A DNA stretch of 11,700 nt from a bacterium (lineage in GTDB: Bacteria > Arandabacterota > Arandabacteria > Arandabacterales > JALGWA01). Shown piece after piece: positions 7,549 through 11,700 of this stretch. Location: the NCBI GenBank assembly GCA_050125095.1, contig JASFEA010000098.1, positions 1-11,700 on the forward strand, in the 5' to 3' direction. Below the pieces are notes generated by a model, which was not told the DNA's origin, did not search any database, and worked only from the letters and a program-made list of their open reading frames with translations. How positions within the stretch are numbered: the first letter of the stretch is position 1; each line of letters starts with the position of its first letter. The translations under genes were made by a program, and so were the position numbers.

Positions 7549-8847
7549 CTATCCCCAGAAAGTCCCGAATATCTTGCCGGTCACTGTCGCCATGATGACG
7601 ATAAGACCCAGGAAAACCAGCGTCTTCCTGGTTCCCATGATGCTCCTTATTACGAGCATGTTGGGAAGCGATACGGCCGGCCCGGCGAGCAGCAGGGCGA
7701 GCGCCGGGCCCTTCCCCATGCCCGCTCCCAGAAGCCCCTGCAATATGGGGACCTCCGTCAGCGTGGCGAAATACATGAGCGCGCCGGCTACGGACGCGAA
7801 CAGATTCGACTGAATGGAGTTGCCGCCCACGAGTCCTGCTATGTAGCGCGATGGTATGAGCCCCTCATGTCCGGGACGCCCCAGGAGCGAGCCGGCTATG
7901 AGCACGCCGACAAGGAGTAGAGGAAGCATCTGCCTGGCGTAGGTCCATGTCGATGAGAGCCAGTCCCGGCCCTCTTCTCCGTCCCTCCACAGCAGCACCG
8001 AGAAGGCCACCAGGCCCGCCGAGAACGGCACCAGCGGATTATCGCGTACGACGAGGGCCGCTGCCAGCACAAGCGCGCCGGCCGCGGCAATATATAGAGT
8101 CTTAAGATCGAGCCAGAACTTTAGGATTACAGCCAAAGCAAATGCCAGACCCGCGGTTATTATCCACTTATAGGAGAAGATAAGTTCCCAGGCGCCTGAG
8201 CCGCCTGCGGGGCGGGCCCAGTTGGCGAAGACCAGAATGGCGATCATAGCCGCGAAGTAGAGCGCGGTCTTATAGAGCGGCCTCGTCTCCTCGACGCTGA
8301 GCTCTGGAGCAGCTTCGGCCCTTTTGAGCTCTTCCTTCCTGAAAATCAAGTGCATGAGGAGCCCGATTACTATACTGAATACGACGGCGCCCACCGCGCG
8401 CGCCACTCCCATCCGGGGGCCCAGCACTTTGGCCGTAAGCACTACCGCCAGCACGTTTACCGCCGGCCCGGCGTACAGGAATGTAGAGGCCGGTCCCAGC
8501 CCTGCGCCCCTCTTGTATATCCCGGCGAACAGCGGAAGCACCGTGCAGCTGCACACGGCCAGTATTGCCCCCGCCACGGACGCGACGCTATAGGCCAGCG
8601 CCTTGGCGGCCCTGGGTCCAAGGTACCTGAGAACGGAGGCCTGCGAGACGAATACGCTGATGGCGCCGGCGATGAAGAAGGCGGGGATCAGGCAGAGAAT
8701 GACGTGCTCGCGGGCGTACCATGTGGCGAGGGCGATGCCCTCGAATACGAAGTTGTCGAACTCGATTCTCTCGAGCGGGAGGTAAAAGAAGACCAGGAAG
8801 ACTGCGATCATCAGTATAAGATGCCTGTATTCACTGTTGCCGGGCAC
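7549..8847 (-). CDS. ArsP_1/DUF318 family permease
   Basis: YAREHVILCLIPAFFIAGAI, ILAVCSCTVLP, GAGLGPASTFLYAGPA, MYFATLTEVP and LLLAGPAVSLP motifs. GTG start with a GAGGTG RBS. Confidence 0.92.
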   Translation of the reverse strand: MPGNSEYRHLILMIAVFLVFFYLPLERIEFDNFVFEGIALATWYAREHVILCLIPAFFIAGAISVFVSQASVLRYLGPRAAKALAYSVASVAGAILAVCSCTVLPLFAGIYKRGAGLGPASTFLYAGPAVNVLAVVLTAKVLGPRMGVARAVGAVVFSIVIGLLMHLIFRKEELKRAEAAPELSVEETRPLYKTALYFAAMIAILVFANWARPAGGSGAWELIFSYKWIITAGLAFALAVILKFWLDLKTLYIAAAGALVLAAALVVRDNPLVPFSAGLVAFSVLLWRDGEEGRDWLSSTWTYARQMLPLLLVGVLIAGSLLGRPGHEGLIPSRYIAGLVGGNSIQSNLFASVAGALMYFATLTEVPILQGLLGAGMGKGPALALLLAGPAVSLPNMLVIRSIMGTRKTLVFLGLIVIMATVTGKIFGTFWG

Positions 8848-8880
8848 TTTTCACCTCGCTCGGTCCGCCTGGCCGCCGCG

Positions 8881-9177
8881 CTAAAGGCGTTCCTTGAGAA
8901 CCCTGGAAGCACAGGAGAAGAAGTTGATTACGCAGGGAGTGACGAGCCTGTAGAATACCGCGTTCCCGCGGCGCTCGTCGTCGACGACTCCGGCCCCTCT
9001 GAGTATCGCCAGATGCTTGGAGACCGTCGACTGGTCTGCTCCTATCAGGCGCACCAGTTCCCCGACCTGGCATTCGCCCTCGCTCAGGCGGTCTACAATC
9101 ATCAGCCTGGTCTCATTGGCCAGAGCCTTCATGATGCGGGCCTGCTGTTTGTATTTGTCTCTGGTTTTCATCTTCAT
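8881..9177 (-). CDS. ArsR/SmtB family transcriptional repressor
   Basis: KALANETRLMIV...ECQVGEL...DQSTVSKHLAILRGAGVVDDERRGNAVFYRL winged HTH, with C-terminal PCVINFFSC. Start is probably ATG 9177 (AGGT upstream) or 9171, not 9315. Confidence 0.95.
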   Translation of the reverse strand: MKMKTRDKYKQQARIMKALANETRLMIVDRLSEGECQVGELVRLIGADQSTVSKHLAILRGAGVVDDERRGNAVFYRLVTPCVINFFSCASRVLKERL

Positions 9178-9205
9178 GGTCAGACCTAAAGGCATATTAG
9201 AACTG

Positions 9206-9231
9206 TATGCAATTATGACAATAATGCCATA
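9206..9231. promoter_or_regulatory. Putative ArsR operator (imperfect inverted repeat)
   Basis: TATGCAATTAT-GACA-ATAATGCCATA; 9 of 11 positions are symmetric. It overlaps the predicted -10 of arsR and resembles the 12-2-12 ArsR/SmtB operator geometry. Confidence 0.7.
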
Positions 9232-9246
9232 TTGAATAAAAGTCAA
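9212..9246 (-). promoter_or_regulatory. Putative sigma70-type promoter of the arsR operon
   Basis: Minus strand TTGACT (9246-9241), 17 bp, TATTGT (9223-9218). An alternative extended -10, TGtCATAAT, lies at 9220-9212. The region is a sharply AT-rich patch in a GC-rich window. Confidence 0.65.
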
Positions 9247-9331
9247 TATATACTTATTATGCCTGGTTGGTAATCCCAGGGTGTGGAGGGGGGCGGGGAC
9301 GGTGACCGGGCCCACAGGCCCCCGATCGCCG

Positions 9332-9562
9332 TCAGAGTAGAGACTTTATCTCGGCGACGGTGGGCACCCTCCCCACGAATTTTACTTCGCCGTCTATGGC
9401 CAGGGCGGGCGTGACATATACGCCGAATTCGCGTATGGCGCCCGGGTCTTCAACGAGCTCGACTTCCGCTTCGATGCCGAGGTCTCGGATGGCATCCTCA
9501 GCGTTCTTCATGACCTGGTCGCATTCCGGGCACGCCATACTCAGTACCTGTATTCTTGCCAT
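9332..9562 (-). CDS. Second MTH895/TM0996-like small thioredoxin (CPEC)
   Basis: MARIQVLSMACPECD...GVYVTPALAIDGEVKFVGRVP, 76 aa from ATG 9562 with a GGGAGG RBS. The ORF-track extension to 9670 is unlikely to be real. Confidence 0.9.
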   Translation of the reverse strand: MARIQVLSMACPECDQVMKNAEDAIRDLGIEAEVELVEDPGAIREFGVYVTPALAIDGEVKFVGRVPTVAEIKSLL

Positions 9563-9644
9563 ACCGCTTCCTCCCTTTCGGAGATTGTCGCACGATTGAC
9601 GCCCCGAATCCAGAAGGATCGGCGCCGGCGCCTGCTGTTTCCCG

Positions 9645-9673
9645 TTGACAGAGCGTCCGGCTTGGGGCAAGAT
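9645..9673 (+). promoter_or_regulatory. Possible promoter for the phosphatase/peptidase unit
   Basis: Perfect TTGACA at 9645-9650, 17 bp, then a weak -10 (CAAGAT). Confidence 0.35.
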
Positions 9674-9683
9674 ACTGCTTGAG

Positions 9684-9709
9684 AAGGGGGGGCATCCCCC
9701 TTATTTTTT
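9684..9709 (+). terminator. Intrinsic terminator-like hairpin in the 5' leader of the phosphatase gene
   Basis: AAGGGGG-GGCAT-CCCCCTT followed by ATTTTTT, ending 5 nt before the GAGGAG RBS. Confidence 0.5.
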
Positions 9710-9731
9710 GCCCTGAGGAGATAAACCGGCC

Positions 9732-11483
9732 TTGGCAACAGACAGAAAATCGCTCGAAATCCTGCTTGAAGCGGGCAAGATCCTGAACTCGACGCTCGAG
9801 GTGCGCAGTCTCGTATCTCTCGTTTACGACCTCGTGCTGGCTTCGGTGGACTGCGAAACGTGTTCGCTCGGGAGACTGAGAGAGAAAGGCAATGAGATAC
9901 GCGTGCTGATGGCTTTCGGCAAGCAGGGGGATGAGGTGGAGGATCTCATGGTGGATCGCGGCGTAGGAATCATGGGCACGGTTGTCGAAACCGGTGAGCC
10001 CCTCATCCTCAACAAGCCCGAGGACATAAAGAAGTATGAGGACCGGATCGACGCAAGATTCGGTTTCGAGAAGCGCTCCTGCGTTTCGGTACCGCTCCTC
10101 AGGGGCGGGAAGGTCATCGGCGCGCTCGAGGCCATCAACAAGGAAGACGGCAACTTCACCGGCGGCGACGTTGAGATGCTGACAGATCTCGCCGAGCAGA
10201 TCGCCATCGCCGTGGACAACTCGCGGCTTTATGAGCGTGTGCAGAGAGAGGTCAGAGAGAAGGAGCTTCTCTACGAGGTCGGCCAGCGCATCAGCTCGTC
10301 CCTTGACCTTGAGGAAGTGCTCGACCTCATCCTGGACTGCCTGGGCGAGGTGGTGGCGTTCGCGGCCGGGGGCATCTACGTGGTAGATCCTGACATGCGC
10401 GAGATAGCGAGCCTGGCGATCACGGGGTATGACCCCGGCATGGAAGAGAGGGTGCAGCTCAAGTTCGGTGACGGCATCGTGGGCTGGGTGGCCAAGAACC
10501 GGGAGCCCGCTGTCGTGGGCGACGTCAGCAAGGACTCGCGCTACATCAGCGCGCGCAACGAGACCCGTTCGGAGATCGTCGTTCCGCTTTTCGCCGACGA
10601 CAAGATAATCGGGGTGATCAATCTCGAGAGCGACGAGGCCGGGGCGTTCACCGAAGACGACCTCGAGCTCATCAAGGCCTTCGGCTCCCAGGCCGCAGTG
10701 TCGCTGGAGCGGGCGAAGCTACACGCTCAGATTCTGGAGCGCCGGAAACTGGTGGACGAGCTCGAGGTGGCCAGGCATATACAGAAGACTTTCCTGCCCG
10801 ACAGGATACCCGACATACCTGGATACGACCTGAGCGCCATCAACATCCCTTCGGAGGCCGTGGGCGGAGACTACTACGACATAATATTCATATCGGAAGG
10901 GCAGTGGGGCCTCACCATCGCCGACGTCTTCGGCAAGGGAGTTCCCGCAGCTCTGGTCATGGCGAGTTACAGGGCGAGCCTCCTGGCCGAGATACGGAAC
11001 AACTACAAGATCAATGCGATCTTGCGCAAGGTCAACAGGCTCATCTGGGAGAGCGTGGAGCCCGAGCGCTGCGTGACGGCATGCTATGGCGTGCTGGACG
11101 CCGAGTCGGGCGTCTTCACGTATTCGAACGCCGGGCACTGGCCGCCGATTATCATCGGCAGGAAGGGAATAAGGCATCTGGACAAGGGCGGCATTCTTCT
11201 CGGAGCAATAGACGGGGCGGAGTACCGGGAGGAGAGGGTGTACCTGGAACCGGGCGACGTCGCCCTCTTCTTCACAGATGGACTGACCGAGGCCGAGGAC
11301 CTGTACGGCGAGGCTTTCGGCGAAGAGAGACTGATTGAGACAGCTAAGGGGCTGGTCGATAAGCCCGGCTCCGAGATCGTGAAGAGCATTCACCAGGTCG
11401 TGTGGGATTTCTCCGGCGGACATCTCGGCGACGATTTCACGCTTCTGGTTCTGAAGGTTAAGGAGGAGAGGCATGTTCGGTAA
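9732..11483 (+). CDS. GAF-GAF-PP2C (SpoIIE/RsbU-like) Ser/Thr phosphatase
   Basis: Two GAF domains (GIMGTVVETGEPLI...VPLLRGGKVIGALEAINK...FTGGD; GIVGWVAKNREP...VPLFADDKIIGVINLES) and intact PP2C motifs GGDYYD, IADVFGKG, NAGH, FTDGLTE and DDFTLL. TTG start with a GAGGAG RBS. Confidence 0.95.
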   Translation: MATDRKSLEILLEAGKILNSTLEVRSLVSLVYDLVLASVDCETCSLGRLREKGNEIRVLMAFGKQGDEVEDLMVDRGVGIMGTVVETGEPLILNKPEDIKKYEDRIDARFGFEKRSCVSVPLLRGGKVIGALEAINKEDGNFTGGDVEMLTDLAEQIAIAVDNSRLYERVQREVREKELLYEVGQRISSSLDLEEVLDLILDCLGEVVAFAAGGIYVVDPDMREIASLAITGYDPGMEERVQLKFGDGIVGWVAKNREPAVVGDVSKDSRYISARNETRSEIVVPLFADDKIIGVINLESDEAGAFTEDDLELIKAFGSQAAVSLERAKLHAQILERRKLVDELEVARHIQKTFLPDRIPDIPGYDLSAINIPSEAVGGDYYDIIFISEGQWGLTIADVFGKGVPAALVMASYRASLLAEIRNNYKINAILRKVNRLIWESVEPERCVTACYGVLDAESGVFTYSNAGHWPPIIIGRKGIRHLDKGGILLGAIDGAEYREERVYLEPGDVALFFTDGLTEAEDLYGEAFGEERLIETAKGLVDKPGSEIVKSIHQVVWDFSGGHLGDDFTLLVLKVKEERHVR

Positions 11484-11700
11484 GAAGTCACTCGATTTTC
11501 TAAAACGATTCGTTGACACCCCGAGCCCGTCGGGCTTCGAGCGCCCCGCCCAGGAAGTGTGGCGCGAGTACGTTTCCGCTTTCGCGGACGAGGTGCACTG
11601 GGATGTGCAGGGCAATTCCATCGGTGTCGTGAACAGAGGCGGAAGCCCCAGGATAATGCTGGCGGGCCATTGTGACGAGATCGGCTTCATGGTGAAATAC
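11473..11700 (+). CDS. M42 family metallo-aminopeptidase, N-terminal fragment (3'-truncated by window)
   Basis: Not in the ORF track. Translates as MFGKKSLDFLKRFVDTPSPSGFE...DVQGNSIG...PRIMLAGHCDEIGFMVKY, with an AGGAGG RBS. It overlaps the phosphatase gene end by 11 nt. Confidence 0.92.
   Translation, partial: MFGKKSLDFLKRFVDTPSPSGFERPAQEVWREYVSAFADEVHWDVQGNSIGVVNRGGSPRIMLAGHCDEIGFMVKY

Noticed and set aside
3045-9189. Several long + strand ORFs (3045-3521, 3388-4017, 4143-4889, 5929-6756, 6713-7357, 8350-9189)
   Set aside because: They overlap confident genes, mostly antisense to the minus-strand operon, and have composition typical of shadow ORFs.
9178-9315. N-terminal extension of ArsR in the ORF track
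   Set aside because: Runs through the AT-rich promoter/operator; the ArsR domain begins near 9177.
9298-9333. 13-bp imperfect hairpin at the CPEC thioredoxin stop as a terminator
   Set aside because: No U-tract follows on the minus strand; it may be structural but cannot be called.
6034-9562. Selenoprotein (UGA read-through) in the redox genes or permease
   Set aside because: All CxxC/CSC motifs are encoded as Cys and the ORFs are full length. The TGA stops fall at the expected C-termini.
10719-11690. 323-aa antisense ORF
   Set aside because: Antisense to the PP2C domain and M42 peptidase, with no domain features.

Overview
GC-rich bacterial window (diderm, since it encodes a TonB-dependent receptor). 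On the left, the + strand carries a 5'-truncated PAS hybrid sensor kinase whose phosphoacceptor His appears replaced by Glu, followed by a hypothetical membrane protein. The centre is a tightly coupled minus-strand operon of about 5.9 kb: ArsR/SmtB repressor (AT-rich promoter with palindromic operator), ArsP/DUF318 permease, a candidate 42-aa sORF, a small MTH895-like CPKC thioredoxin, a CIPC lipoprotein thioredoxin, CcdA, a TonB-dependent receptor and a ZnuA/TroA-fold lipoprotein lacking the usual His ligands. A second MTH895-like paralogue (CPEC) lies just upstream. On the right, a divergent + strand unit encodes a GAF-GAF-PP2C (RsbU/SpoIIE-like) phosphatase, preceded by a terminator-like hairpin and overlapping a 3'-truncated M42 peptidase. 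A 29-bp tandem duplication with a REP-like motif lies between the convergent genes at about 3.3 kb. The most notable candidate system is the ArsR-controlled cassette that joins a trans-membrane thiol relay and a permease to an outer-membrane receptor and an altered binding protein. All family calls come from motif recognition by eye; no searches were run.
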